Shown: positions 43,146 to 53,645, counted from the first letter of the stretch. The stretch: DNA of 64,000 nt from Candidatus Omnitrophota bacterium (GCA_043821285.1 JBDRCZ010000056.1:792-64791), one strand, 5' to 3'. A program made the numbers and translations. Notes: a model not told the origin generated them from the sequence alone.

Positions 43146-43405
43146 AAGATTATATATTTTAAACACGGAACTGTTACGGGAATTCTTATTTTGCTAGAAT
43201 TACCATATTATACGAAATTCACATTTTCTGCTATTATAATATAATTGCGAAAGTAAATAAATTTAATTTTCAGTCTTAACTGCTTATTAATTAGTATATT
43301 AGCACATAAGTAAAATAGCTATACAATTGGACAGAACAAGAAAGTATTTATCAGAAAACCCACAAATTAGGAACTTCGTATATTAATTATTATAAATAAA
43401 AAATA

Positions 43406-43933
43406 ATGAAAAAAATAATTCAACTCATAATTTCAATTTTATTAATATCTATACTTGCAATTAATAATGTTCAAGCTGGGCAAAAATCAACAAGAAACAT
43501 AAACGATATAAATGAACTTCTCGAAGATATTCAATTTACTTTCTCAATAGATGAAACTTTAAATAAAGATAAAAAATTACCAATAATAACTATTTATATG
43601 CAATATAATGGTGATGGTTCCCGAACTATTCTTTGGGATGAAAGATTTTATTTTTTATTGTGGGATAAAACATTCTTATTGGAAATAAAATCAGAAGAAG
43701 AAAAAAGTGATACAAGTAAACTTCATAATATGACCGGAGGACTTTATTATCCAAATTCGAAATATTATTTATATAAAGGCATTATACTTACGTCTATTTT
43801 AGATTTCAATGATCCAGGACCATGCATGTTTTGCGGACCAAGAAAAGGGAAAAATATTCTAAATTTTTATATTCAAGATAAAGATGGAAATTTAAAAAAA
43901 ATCGGGAACGAATTAATTGTAAATATAGAATAA
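43406..43933 (+). CDS. Hypothetical secreted protein (probable gene cassette)
   Basis: Signal peptide, very AT-rich, followed by an attC-like site. Confidence 0.7.
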   Translation: MKKIIQLIISILLISILAINNVQAGQKSTRNINDINELLEDIQFTFSIDETLNKDKKLPIITIYMQYNGDGSRTILWDERFYFLLWDKTFLLEIKSEEEKSDTSKLHNMTGGLYYPNSKYYLYKGIILTSILDFNDPGPCMFCGPRKGKNILNFYIQDKDGNLKKIGNELIVNIE

Positions 43934-43935
43934 AT

Positions 43936-44012
43936 TTATAACAACTGTCTTCAACTAACTGCTGGGAGTACGCAAAATAGCCTACCCCAGCAGGTGAGTT
44001 CGAATGATGAAT
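43936..44012 (+). other. Degenerate attC-like site
   Basis: R'' TTATAAC right after the stop; ctgctggg/cccagcag stem; R' degenerate (GATGAAT). Confidence 0.5.
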
Positions 44013-44029
44013 ATGGATTAATAGAAAAC

Positions 44030-44097
44030 TTATAACAAAGTAATGAACCGAACTTGAAAACCTAACGGTTTTCAAATCGGTTATTTTCACGTTATAG
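44030..44097 (+). other. attC site (68 bp)
   Basis: TTATAAC ... aaccga-acttgaaaacc/ggttttcaaa-tcggtt ... GTTATAG. Confidence 0.75.
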
Positions 44098-44113
44098 GAA
44101 AATAAATATAAAA

Positions 44114-45127
44114 ATGGAATTAAGAAAATATAATTTCGACGAATTAAATGAAGCAGATGTAAGAGAAGAAATCATAGCGCCTCTTCTTCGGGAATTAAAC
44201 TATAGTTCAGGGACAGAAAATAATATAATACGTGAACAACCACTAAAATATCCCTACTCGCAACTGGGGCGGAAAAAACCGAATAAAGATCCCCTGCTCA
44301 GAGGTAAAGCAGATTATATATGTGAAATAGTTAATGGTCCTAGATGGACTATCGAAGCCAAAGCCCCCTCCGTAGATATTTCACCTGACGATATAGACCA
44401 GGCTTATTCGTATGCAATACACCCCGAAATTAGAGCAACGTATTTCTGTGTTGCCAATGGGAAAAAATTTATATTTTTTCAAACAGATCAGGGACCAAAT
44501 GCAAAGCCCAGTATAGAAACTTCCTACGAGAAATTAAATGAAGATTTTGAAACAATCAACAATTTAATTGGTCCAGAAGCGTTGATCTGCAATCATGGCA
44601 AAATTAAAATAGATGTTGGGAAGCCTCTAGGTAAAGGGTTGCGCTCCATTGGTAGAATTACAAATGGCTTCATTAAATATACCAATACAAATATTCCTAT
44701 CCCTGCGTTGCTTGAAATGATTACGCCAATTAAATATGGCTCCATTGAAAGAGACAAGGATAACAACCTTTTAGCCTATATAGAAGTAATAAGCCCTTTC
44801 CAATCATTACAAGAATTAAATGAAAAACTTGGTTTAGACAAAATGGAATTGCTAAGCACGGCCTCCGTTCTTTCAATAGATGCACGAAGGCCAACACAGT
44901 TTGAATCAACGCAAAATATAATACTACCTCAAGGGTTGTATATATTGGATCTTAATTCATGGAAAAAGAATCCTTTGCCCATGAATATACACTGTGAGGC
45001 AAAAACAATAGCCAAGGGATACTTAAGAAACAATATGTTCTCTGGCGAATTCCAAGCTAATCTTATTTATAAAAACATTAACCAAACGATAAACCTAAAA
45101 GGTAAATTTGAAATATTTATAAATTAA
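44114..45127 (+). CDS. HsdR-N-like PD-(D/E)XK nuclease domain protein (cassette)
   Basis: NEADVREEIIAPLL..L.Y, ADY, IEAK, DQAYSYA, NG; no helicase domain. Confidence 0.8.
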   Translation: MELRKYNFDELNEADVREEIIAPLLRELNYSSGTENNIIREQPLKYPYSQLGRKKPNKDPLLRGKADYICEIVNGPRWTIEAKAPSVDISPDDIDQAYSYAIHPEIRATYFCVANGKKFIFFQTDQGPNAKPSIETSYEKLNEDFETINNLIGPEALICNHGKIKIDVGKPLGKGLRSIGRITNGFIKYTNTNIPIPALLEMITPIKYGSIERDKDNNLLAYIEVISPFQSLQELNEKLGLDKMELLSTASVLSIDARRPTQFESTQNIILPQGLYILDLNSWKKNPLPMNIHCEAKTIAKGYLRNNMFSGEFQANLIYKNINQTINLKGKFEIFIN

Positions 45128-45129
45128 CC

Positions 45130-45202
45130 CTATAACGAATAAAGCGTTTAATTCGATTGAACGAACGGAGTGAGCGAACATCGATTTAAACGCTGGTTGA
45201 AC
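45130..45202 (+). other. attC site (73 bp)
   Basis: CTATAAC 3 nt after stop; agcgtttaattcgat/atcgatttaaacgct stem; GTTGAAC fits GTTRRRY. Confidence 0.7.
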
Positions 45203-45518
45203 AAGCCTGCTTCGCTACCGATGATGAGTAATTGCGTATTAAATGAAGCGACTGTTAAGCGCGATTACAGATAAAGCTTGTAGAAAGAGGAAGAAATTCA
45301 GTTGTCGAGAAGGGAACGCTGATGAAAGTTTTACTTTAGTAAAGTGCAGGTTTTGGAAATATAAATTATAAAGTTTTTTCATTAATTACAGCAAAAAAAT
45401 AATTTTTTTTGGAACAACAAATTACGCAAATAAATACTCATGATGGGTATTGCGTATTGAGAATAAAAAATTTATAGATGGTCAAGAATAGATCGTGAGG
45501 AAATTTTGCGGAGGCATT

Positions 45519-46151
45519 TTGAAGAAGAATAAAGTATTTTGGGTAGTTGTTTTTATTGGGTTTTTTATCAGCCACATCTTAGCTTTTGCTCAGGACAAAA
45601 AGAGTGAGCCTCTTATCAAATCGGCATTGGAAAATGTTATGAACGATGTAAGAGGAGCGATCATTGCAAATAACTATACGTTATTAACGAATTCTATTGA
45701 CCCGACACAAAGGCTTACTCAGGAGGAATTAGAAAAGATATCAAAAGATGAGAAAAGCAGAAACTTTTGTCTAGATCAAATGTTTCCTGACTTGAAAAAC
45801 AGTACAAAATTTATTCACCTAAAAATAAAAGGTGAATGGGCAGGATACTATGCGGAAACAGATTTAGATGATCCTGATTGGCTCACAGTTAGTGTCTTTG
45901 TATTTCACAGGATACAAGGAAAATGGTATGTATATGCCATGGGTTATGGTCTTTGTAAAGCAAGACCTAATGGTAAATATGCCAACACACCAATGAGTGC
46001 TTGGGAAGGGACAGACGACATCATGAATACAATTAATAGCGATCCTGAATTCCAAATAGAAAACATAATCAAGGAGAAAGAAGAAGGGCAGAAAAATAAG
46101 GGGGAAGATGGGGGAGACGTAGTGGGGGACTTTGATGCAAACATGCATTAA
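45519..46151 (+). CDS. Hypothetical secreted protein
   Basis: GGAGG RBS before TTG; signal peptide ending AFA-Q. Confidence 0.65.
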   Translation: MKKNKVFWVVVFIGFFISHILAFAQDKKSEPLIKSALENVMNDVRGAIIANNYTLLTNSIDPTQRLTQEELEKISKDEKSRNFCLDQMFPDLKNSTKFIHLKIKGEWAGYYAETDLDDPDWLTVSVFVFHRIQGKWYVYAMGYGLCKARPNGKYANTPMSAWEGTDDIMNTINSDPEFQIENIIKEKEEGQKNKGEDGGDVVGDFDANMH

Positions 46152-46174
46152 ATCTACGAAAAATAATAAATGAA

Positions 46175-46636
46175 ATGGAGATTTTACAAGCGACAATTCT
46201 CGATGCAGAAGAAATTTTGAAACTGCAGAAACTGGCTTATCAAATTGAAGCTGAACGCTACAATGATTACAATATACCACCTCTCAAACAGACAATCGCT
46301 GAAATAAGAGAACAATTCAAAACAAATATATTCTTAAAAGCTGTCTCTGAAGGACAAATTATTGGTACAGTAAGGGCGCATGAAGAAAATGGAACGTGTT
46401 ATGTTAGTAAGTTAGCAGTTTTTCCTGATAAACAAAATCAAGGGATTGGAACCGCTTTAATAAAAGAAATCGAAAAGCGTTTTACCCCAAAACGATTTGA
46501 ACTTTTTGTTGGTTCGAAAAGCGATAATAATATACATCTTTACCAAAAATTAGGATATAATATCTATAAAATCGGTGACTATGAGTGTGGACATATAAAA
46601 ATTCTATATATGGAAAAAATTAATAAAAACAGATAA
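46175..46636 (+). CDS. GNAT family N-acetyltransferase (cassette)
   Basis: V.PDKQNQGIGTAL, LYQKLGY. Confidence 0.92.
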   Translation: MEILQATILDAEEILKLQKLAYQIEAERYNDYNIPPLKQTIAEIREQFKTNIFLKAVSEGQIIGTVRAHEENGTCYVSKLAVFPDKQNQGIGTALIKEIEKRFTPKRFELFVGSKSDNNIHLYQKLGYNIYKIGDYECGHIKILYMEKINKNR

Positions 46637-46831
46637 CCACTCTATGTTATAAATAAAAAAACAAATAATCGCACGGCGACGCAGAGACACAGGGGTAAAC
46701 CGCAAAAATTCATCAACCGCGAAATACACTAAAGACACGAAATAGTTAAAAATACTTTGAAGATGAAGAAATTGTTTAAATAAAAACATTTTTCGTGTGT
46801 TTTGTAACTTTCGTGTTAAAAGATAAAAAAC

Positions 46832-46899
46832 AGATAACCAAATGCTGCAGTGAATTTGTACTGCTATCGCAGTCCGAATCATTGAGCTTTGCCTTATGT
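46832..46899 (+). other. attC site (68 bp, R' mutated)
   Basis: AGATAAC...cagtgaatttgtactgctatcgcagtccgaatcattgag...CTTATGT; near-identical to 47576-47643. Confidence 0.7.
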
Positions 46900-46912
46900 A
46901 GAGTTTATAATT

Positions 46913-47506
46913 GTGAAAAAAATAATTTTATTTTTACCTTTATGTTTGATTTTATCAGGATGCCTTACATATCAGGAATATTCATTTAGATTTGATTATA
47001 ATACTGGAAAGACAGAAAAAGTTTATCATGATTTTCGATCTCAAAAAGGCTTTGATGAAAAAGATTATAGTATCGAAAACGACTGGAATACATTAAAAGA
47101 AAGTGTAAGCAAAGAATTTGGCAAAGATATCGACAAAGACGTGATTGAACCTATTAAAGCTGAACTCTTTCAGGAAGGCGAGGTATTATCGGGAAAAGAA
47201 ATATTTGTGGTACAGTTACCCAAGGCATTTCCATCAAAAATAGCAATACTAGAAAGACTTCATGCCGAGGGGGATTTAAATGAGAATTTAGAGTTTCAAA
47301 TATTAAATGGTGAGATATTTTTATTTACTCATGATAAAAAAATCAAATCAACCAACGGAAAGATCGTTAAAACTAATAAGAATAATATCATTGTTTGGCC
47401 GGAAGATCAAATCGTATTTGAATTTAGTATTAGTAATAATCAGGGTGGCAAATCTCTTTTGCCTTTCTATCTTAAAGAAAAAGAGCGTAAAGAAAAAAAA
47501 GAATAA
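46913..47506 (+). CDS. Hypothetical lipoprotein (cassette)
   Basis: GTG start, MKKIILFLPLCLILSGC lipobox; lies between two attC copies. Confidence 0.75.
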   Translation: MKKIILFLPLCLILSGCLTYQEYSFRFDYNTGKTEKVYHDFRSQKGFDEKDYSIENDWNTLKESVSKEFGKDIDKDVIEPIKAELFQEGEVLSGKEIFVVQLPKAFPSKIAILERLHAEGDLNENLEFQILNGEIFLFTHDKKIKSTNGKIVKTNKNNIIVWPEDQIVFEFSISNNQGGKSLLPFYLKEKERKEKKE

Positions 47507-47575
47507 TATAAAAACACATAACAAATCGTTAAAAAACTCTGTGATCTTTGCGGCTCTGTGTGAGAATAAAAAAAA

Positions 47576-47643
47576 TTATAACAAATCGCTTCAGTGAATT
47601 TGTACTGCTATCGCAGTCCGAATCGCTGAGCTTTGCGTCATCG
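47576..47643 (+). other. attC site (68 bp, R' mutated)
   Basis: TTATAAC...same core as 46832...GTCATCG. Confidence 0.7.
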
Positions 47644-47694
47644 AAAAATAAAAAATGAATAGACGATTAGAAAGCTTAAAAGCTTCACTGTCTA

Positions 47695-47859
47695 AAGGTT
47701 AAGAAGATTGAATTTTTAGGAAGGGACATTGAAGATTTTCCAATACTATGTCATACGCTTCCTCCCAGCGCTGCAGTAGATGGTTTGTTGGGTCTGGATT
47801 TTCTTCGTGGGGTACGTCTGATTATAGACTTACGAGCAGGTATCGTCATTTTTGATTAG
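47695..47859 (+). pseudogene. C-terminal fragment of a retropepsin-like aspartyl protease
   Basis: KKIEFLGRDIEDFPILCHTLPPSAAVDGLLGLDFL; no start codon and no catalytic DTG/DSG. Confidence 0.65.
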
Positions 47860-48129
47860 AACACGCAAGAAGATTTGTGCGAAGAGACACCCGACATCAG
47901 CTAACACAGAAAAAAAGAGAAGGTCAGAGATCGCTTGTCCTGTGGATGGAAAGTAGCCTTGCCCTCCCTTCCCTGTTTTAACATTTCTATCGACAAACAG
48001 ACCTAACGATAATACCTTAAAGGGCAGCCCTGCAGATTTTACTTGTGAAACATGTAAAAACTGGGGTAAAATAGATGCGAATGAACCAATTTTTACGAGT
48101 TATTAGTGGAGAATTATTAAATATATTAT

Positions 48130-50757
48130 GTGGCATTAAAAATATTAATCAATTTTGATATGAGCAGAAAAATAGTAAACCAAAGACACAAAGCAAAGCG
48201 GATTAAAAAATCGAAAATGATTAAAAAGATTTCTCATTTACGTAAGCCGGATGAATTATCATTAGAACAATGGCAGATAGTTTTAAGAAAACAAATTGCT
48301 TGTGCACAAAAAATGCGTATAAAAAACGTGGGTGAGAATGCAGTATTTTCGACATTTACAGTAACTAATCCTGTTTCACAAAAGACCTACCGTGTCGTTA
48401 TCTGCGGAGAGGAATTAGGGATTAATTATTGTTCTTGTCCTGATTTTTCGATTAATACTCTTGGTACTTGTAAACATATTGAAAATGTGTTACGGAAAGT
48501 TCGAAAAATGAAAGGCGGCAGACAACTGCTTAAGCAGGGGTTCCAGCCGGATTATTCTGCGGTAACTTTACGCTATGGTCTTAAAAGACGTGCGGCCTTT
48601 TTACTTGGGAAAAATGATAGTCGAAAACTAGTAAATTTAATTTTAGAATTTTTTGACGATGATTTATTCATTAAAGAAAAGGGTATCCGTCATTTTGCTG
48701 AATTTCAGAGACGCGCAGCTAAGTTAGATGGTCAGATTCAGTATCATGACGATGCGATTGAATATATTGCGCAAATTCGTGATCGAATTGCAAGAAAAGA
48801 AAAAATTGAGAAGGAATTTTCAAAGGGGGTTAATTCTCCACAATGGGGAACTTTACTTAAAACAGAATTATATCCATATCAAAAAGAAGGTGTACTTTTT
48901 GCGGTTTTAGCAGAGCGTAGTTTAATTGCCGATGAAATGGGTTTGGGAAAAACTATTCAAGCGATTGCGGCAAGTGAGATTATGGCGAGGTATTTCGGTA
49001 TTGAAAAGGTTCTGGTCATATGTCCGACAACTTTAAAATATCAGTGGAAAAATGAAATTAATCATTTTTCTCATTGTAAGGCACAGGTAATTCATGGGAT
49101 GTTGCTCGATCGGCATCGTCAATACGATGATTGTGCTAATGCCTTTTTCAAAATAACAAATTACGATGTTATCCATAGGGATATCGGGGCAATTATGAAA
49201 TGGGGGCCGGATTTGATTATATTGGATGAAGCGCAGCGAATTAAAAATTGGAAAACACGTCGCGCACAATCCGTAAAGCATTTAAAATCCACTTTTGCGA
49301 TTGTTCTTACCGGCACTCCAATAGAAAATCGTTTGGAAGAACTACATTCCATTGTTGAATTCATTGATCGGTATCATTTAGGGCCTCTTTTTCGATTCTT
49401 GCATAATCATCAGATTGTAAGCATAGAGGGAAAGATTACCGGATATAAAGATTTAAATAAAATAGGGAAGACTTTAGAAACCATAATGATCCGCCGAAAA
49501 AGTGAACAGGTATTAAAACAACTGCCAGAACGCATAGATAAAAATTTTTTTATCCCCTTGACGCGTCAACAAGAAGAAATTCATGAAGAATATAGGGTTA
49601 TGGTTGCCCGTCTTGTGACCAAATGGCAGAGATATCATTTTCTCTCGGAAGAGGACCGACAGCGTTTGATGATGGCGTTACAGAAGATGCGGATGGTATG
49701 TGATGATACATATTTGTTGGACCCAAGCACAAACTATGGGTATAAAATCGATGAATTGGAACTGCAGTTACGGGAAATTCTTGAAAATCCTAATGTAAAA
49801 GTAGTTATTTTTTCTCAGTGGTTGCGCATGATGGAATTAATTATAAACATGCTTAATGCCAATAAATGGGAATATGCCTTTTTGCATGGCGGAGTTCCTT
49901 CTGCAAAAAGAGGATGTTTAATTGAAAATTTTCATAATGATTTAACCTGTAGAATATTTTTATCAACAGAAGCAGGTAGCGTAGGACTTAATCTCCAAAA
50001 TGCAACATTTGTCGTAAATGTTGATTTACCATGGAATCCAGCAGTGTTAGAACAGCGGATTAGCCGGGTTTATCGATTAGGACAAGAATACCCTGTTCAT
50101 GTAATAAATTTAATTGCGGAAAGAAGTATTGAGCATGGTATCCTGGGATTGATTGGTTTTAAGAAATCGATGTTTTATGGAGTATTAGATAAAGGTGAGA
50201 ATGAAGTATTTATGGGAACAACCCGATTTAATAGATTTATCAAAACTGTGGAACAGGCTTCAAAGGCTATGGATGAACAAAAGAAAAATATTGAGAAGGA
50301 AGATGAGGATGAGGCATTGAGAGATAAGGAGTTGGCAAATCAAGTTGTCAACGACAATGAGAATGATATCTTACAGCAACAAGTATCTCCCAAAAGTTCT
50401 TCTACTCCGGCGGATTTTTCTGTGGCTCAAGAACATCTAGACTCTTCTAAAGTTAGTAATGATCCCCGTGGCGGTAGTGTTTCTGAAGCGGAAACCGTGT
50501 TAAAATCTATTTTTCAGCTTGGAGCGTCTTTTTTAGAGATATTAAGTAAATCTTTTGGTGAAGAGAAAATATCAGAAGCAAAAAATCAAGCGCGAATGAC
50601 GGGGCATCCCAAAAAACCTTTAGATATTAATTTATCAAAGGATAAAGAAACCGGCAGGCAAATTCTTCAAGTATTGCTGCCGGAAGACAAAACGATGAAA
50701 TTATTAACAAAGACTATTGGAAGAATGTATGAGGCTTTTAAAAAACATGTTGAGTGA
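48130..50757 (+). CDS. SWIM Zn-finger + SNF2-family ATPase (start may be 48160)
   Basis: CSC...CKH SWIM; DEMGLGKT, DEAQ, LTGTPIEN, GLNL, WNP..EQR..RVYR.GQ. Confidence 0.93.
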   Translation: MALKILINFDMSRKIVNQRHKAKRIKKSKMIKKISHLRKPDELSLEQWQIVLRKQIACAQKMRIKNVGENAVFSTFTVTNPVSQKTYRVVICGEELGINYCSCPDFSINTLGTCKHIENVLRKVRKMKGGRQLLKQGFQPDYSAVTLRYGLKRRAAFLLGKNDSRKLVNLILEFFDDDLFIKEKGIRHFAEFQRRAAKLDGQIQYHDDAIEYIAQIRDRIARKEKIEKEFSKGVNSPQWGTLLKTELYPYQKEGVLFAVLAERSLIADEMGLGKTIQAIAASEIMARYFGIEKVLVICPTTLKYQWKNEINHFSHCKAQVIHGMLLDRHRQYDDCANAFFKITNYDVIHRDIGAIMKWGPDLIILDEAQRIKNWKTRRAQSVKHLKSTFAIVLTGTPIENRLEELHSIVEFIDRYHLGPLFRFLHNHQIVSIEGKITGYKDLNKIGKTLETIMIRRKSEQVLKQLPERIDKNFFIPLTRQQEEIHEEYRVMVARLVTKWQRYHFLSEEDRQRLMMALQKMRMVCDDTYLLDPSTNYGYKIDELELQLREILENPNVKVVIFSQWLRMMELIINMLNANKWEYAFLHGGVPSAKRGCLIENFHNDLTCRIFLSTEAGSVGLNLQNATFVVNVDLPWNPAVLEQRISRVYRLGQEYPVHVINLIAERSIEHGILGLIGFKKSMFYGVLDKGENEVFMGTTRFNRFIKTVEQASKAMDEQKKNIEKEDEDEALRDKELANQVVNDNENDILQQQVSPKSSSTPADFSVAQEHLDSSKVSNDPRGGSVSEAETVLKSIFQLGASFLEILSKSFGEEKISEAKNQARMTGHPKKPLDINLSKDKETGRQILQVLLPEDKTMKLLTKTIGRMYEAFKKHVE

Positions 50758-50858
50758 ACTTGCTTATTCCCTACGGTTTTGCCATATGGATAGACGGTGG
50801 TAAGGAATTTTTTAGAATAATTTAAAAGTATTACGGAGCTTGTATTCTGTAATTTATT

Positions 50859-52148
50859 ATGCGGCGTAAAAAGTTGTTTTTCTTAATATTGATATTGATA
50901 ATAATTCCGGTTGCTTTTATCATTTTCTGCGGTTATTATTTGATTTTTACAACAAAAGGCGCCGGGGTTATTTCGAAATTTCTCTTAGCTAAATATGTTG
51001 AAGGAGATAAGATTGGCTTTAAAGAAATTGAAGGCAGCCTTGCCGAAAAACTGGTATATCACAATGTCGAGGTCAAAAATTTAAAAGGACTGCCACCAGA
51101 GGCGGTGCTTAAAATTCAGGAACTTAAAATTTATTTTACTACCCTTAATTTTTCCGGCCTAAATTTAGAGATACAAAACGGCCGGCTGATGATGCCGGAT
51201 TCTGACGCCATACTTTTTTATGGTAACTATCAGCGATCCGCTTTTGACGTTAAGGTTTATTGTAAGGAAATCAATCTTCGGGATACGTTGGATCTCTTTG
51301 TTGAAGCGGGTTCTTTGAAAGATTTATCTGGAGATATTTATGATTTAGATATAGTTATAAAAGGAGATTTTTTAGACCCTGATATTACCGGCAATTTTCA
51401 ACTTAAGAGCCTCTCCTATGGCGGGTTTACAATGAGAGGCTGCACGATTGCTTTTTCCCTGCAGCTTAAAGATGTAAAGAATAATTTAAAATTATATGGT
51501 GAAATTTTGATGGAGACTGGAGAGTTAACCGGTCCCCGTACCGCCGTTGTGAAATTAGAAAAGAGTAAGATTATTTTTAACGGCGATTATGCAAAACCGA
51601 CGTTTGATTTAAAAGGAAAATCGATTATTGAAGGGACAAAGATTAAGATTACTTTAAAAGGAACAATCGAGTCTCCGGAGTTAAGGTTAACGTCTACTCC
51701 CCCGGTACCGGAAGGCTGGTTATTGGTAATGCTGGCTACCGGCCGCAGCTGGCGCAGTTCAGGAAGCGCTTTAAAGCAAGGAAATATAACCCCGGATTTA
51801 GCCAAGGATTTTATCGATTATTTTGTCTTTGCCGGCTCAGGGAGCAAAATTATCCAAAAATTTGGCCTAAGCGATATCTCTATAACATACAATGAAGAAA
51901 AAAAAGGTATCGGCGTAAAAAAGGACATAACCGATAAAGCAGAAGTAACTTATTCTATTGAGCAACCGCGCGAGTTTAGTAAAGAATCAGTTACGACCCA
52001 TAAAATAGGCGGTGAATATAATATTACCGAACATATATCTGTTGGCGCAGAAAAAGAGATAAAACAACCCACAGAAAAGTCAGATGCAGTGCCAGATAAG
52101 CTGAAGACCGATGATCGGGTATATTTGAAATATAAGAAAGAATTCTAG
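50859..52148 (+). CDS. TamB/AsmA-like protein
   Basis: N-terminal TM anchor, beta-rich body, F.G....P...L.STP and aromatic C-terminus. Confidence 0.65.
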   Translation: MRRKKLFFLILILIIIPVAFIIFCGYYLIFTTKGAGVISKFLLAKYVEGDKIGFKEIEGSLAEKLVYHNVEVKNLKGLPPEAVLKIQELKIYFTTLNFSGLNLEIQNGRLMMPDSDAILFYGNYQRSAFDVKVYCKEINLRDTLDLFVEAGSLKDLSGDIYDLDIVIKGDFLDPDITGNFQLKSLSYGGFTMRGCTIAFSLQLKDVKNNLKLYGEILMETGELTGPRTAVVKLEKSKIIFNGDYAKPTFDLKGKSIIEGTKIKITLKGTIESPELRLTSTPPVPEGWLLVMLATGRSWRSSGSALKQGNITPDLAKDFIDYFVFAGSGSKIIQKFGLSDISITYNEEKKGIGVKKDITDKAEVTYSIEQPREFSKESVTTHKIGGEYNITEHISVGAEKEIKQPTEKSDAVPDKLKTDDRVYLKYKKEF

Positions 52149-52178
52149 AACGCAGATGATCCTGAATTATGCGTAAAG

Positions 52179-53645
52179 ATGAAGATCGTAATAGCAAATT
52201 CCATTGGTATTGATAAAAAAGGGTATTATATTATCCATTCTCCCAGCCGCTGGACACAGGGAGTGCATAGTAAATATCAGTGGTTTGCCTATTATCCATG
52301 GGAATTAGCATATCTCAGTACATTACTAAAAAAACATACTGCTCATAAAATTAAGCTAATTGATGGATGTCTGGAAAAACTGGATTACGATTTATATTTA
52401 CAACGGCTTATTGATGCGCAGCCGGATGTATTAATCATAGAGAGCGCAACGCGGGTCATTGGGGATAATTTAAAATTGGCGCTTGAGCTAAAACAGCGGC
52501 TGAAAACAAAACTGATCTTTGTTGGAGCACATGCAACTGCTTACCCTCAGGAATTGATAGACTCTGGCGTTAATGATGTTTGTCAGGGTGAGTATGAATA
52601 TACAGTATTGGATATAATTTCAGGTAGACCACAGGATAAAATATTAGGGCTTTATCCTAATCCGCGTAGAGAGTTATTAGATATTAACAGCTTGCCTTGG
52701 CCCGAAGATACTGATATACGCAGATTTTCTTATGCTTCACCTGGTGAGCCAAGTTCGGAATATAAAGAAATACAAATGTATGCATCCAGGGGGTGTCCGG
52801 GAGGCTGCAATTTTTGTGCTGCCCGACACCTCTACTATAAGCAGTCAAACTGGCGCAAAAGAAACGCTGAAGATATTATTTCAGAAATAAAATATTTAAA
52901 ACAAAAATATCCCCGCTTGGAAGGTATATTTTTTGATGAAGAAGTGCATAATGGAACCAAGGATTTTATCATGGAATTAACAAAGGCAATTAAAGGTGCT
53001 CGGTTAGATAATCTGCATTATGAAGCAATGTGTGATATTAGGTTTTTGGATGAGGAACAAATGCAGGCAATGAAAGATGCCGGGTATTATAAAATCCGAT
53101 TAGGTATTGAGTCTGCAAGCAAAAATATTTTGAAAATGATGAATAAATTTTTGGATATTTCAGAAGTGCAGAAGAAGTTATTACAGGCAAAAAAGATTGG
53201 ACTTAAAACATACGGTACATTTATGTTTGGCGCATTAGGGGCGAGAGAACAAGAAGATAAAAAGACAATTGAGTTAATCAGAGAACTACTTTTAAAGGAC
53301 CTGCTTAATAATTTGCAGATTTCAATCTGTACTCCACAGCCAGGTACGCCTTTTTATGTGCAGGCAGAAAAGCGTGGTTATTTAAAAGAGAAAAATTTTT
53401 CAAGATATGACGGGGGTAATTTTTCTGTTGTTAGCTACCCAGAGTACACTGCAAAACAGATAATGAATATGACAAACAGGGCATATTTAACCCGGGATTA
53501 TTATTATTTACGCCGTAAATTAGGTAATAATGAATTTTGGCAGTGGATTAAGTCAATTTATAAAAAATATAGATTTTGGGGATTGGTTAACAAGGCATTT
53601 GTGAGGATTTTGCGGACAATAAAACATGTAATAATAAATGTCTAA
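52179..53645 (+). CDS. B12-binding radical SAM protein
   Basis: VGAHAT, SRGCPGGCNFC, GIES, PGTP. Confidence 0.9.
   Translation: MKIVIANSIGIDKKGYYIIHSPSRWTQGVHSKYQWFAYYPWELAYLSTLLKKHTAHKIKLIDGCLEKLDYDLYLQRLIDAQPDVLIIESATRVIGDNLKLALELKQRLKTKLIFVGAHATAYPQELIDSGVNDVCQGEYEYTVLDIISGRPQDKILGLYPNPRRELLDINSLPWPEDTDIRRFSYASPGEPSSEYKEIQMYASRGCPGGCNFCAARHLYYKQSNWRKRNAEDIISEIKYLKQKYPRLEGIFFDEEVHNGTKDFIMELTKAIKGARLDNLHYEAMCDIRFLDEEQMQAMKDAGYYKIRLGIESASKNILKMMNKFLDISEVQKKLLQAKKIGLKTYGTFMFGALGAREQEDKKTIELIRELLLKDLLNNLQISICTPQPGTPFYVQAEKRGYLKEKNFSRYDGGNFSVVSYPEYTAKQIMNMTNRAYLTRDYYYLRRKLGNNEFWQWIKSIYKKYRFWGLVNKAFVRILRTIKHVIINV

Noticed and set aside
41732-43166. Short ORFs 41732..41917, 42719..43000 and 42954..43166 (also 21596..21784, 57085..57303, 53587..53836)
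   Set aside because: Translations of palindromic repeats
43960-44010. tRNA (gttcgaat)
   Set aside because: No cloverleaf; part of an attC-like hairpin
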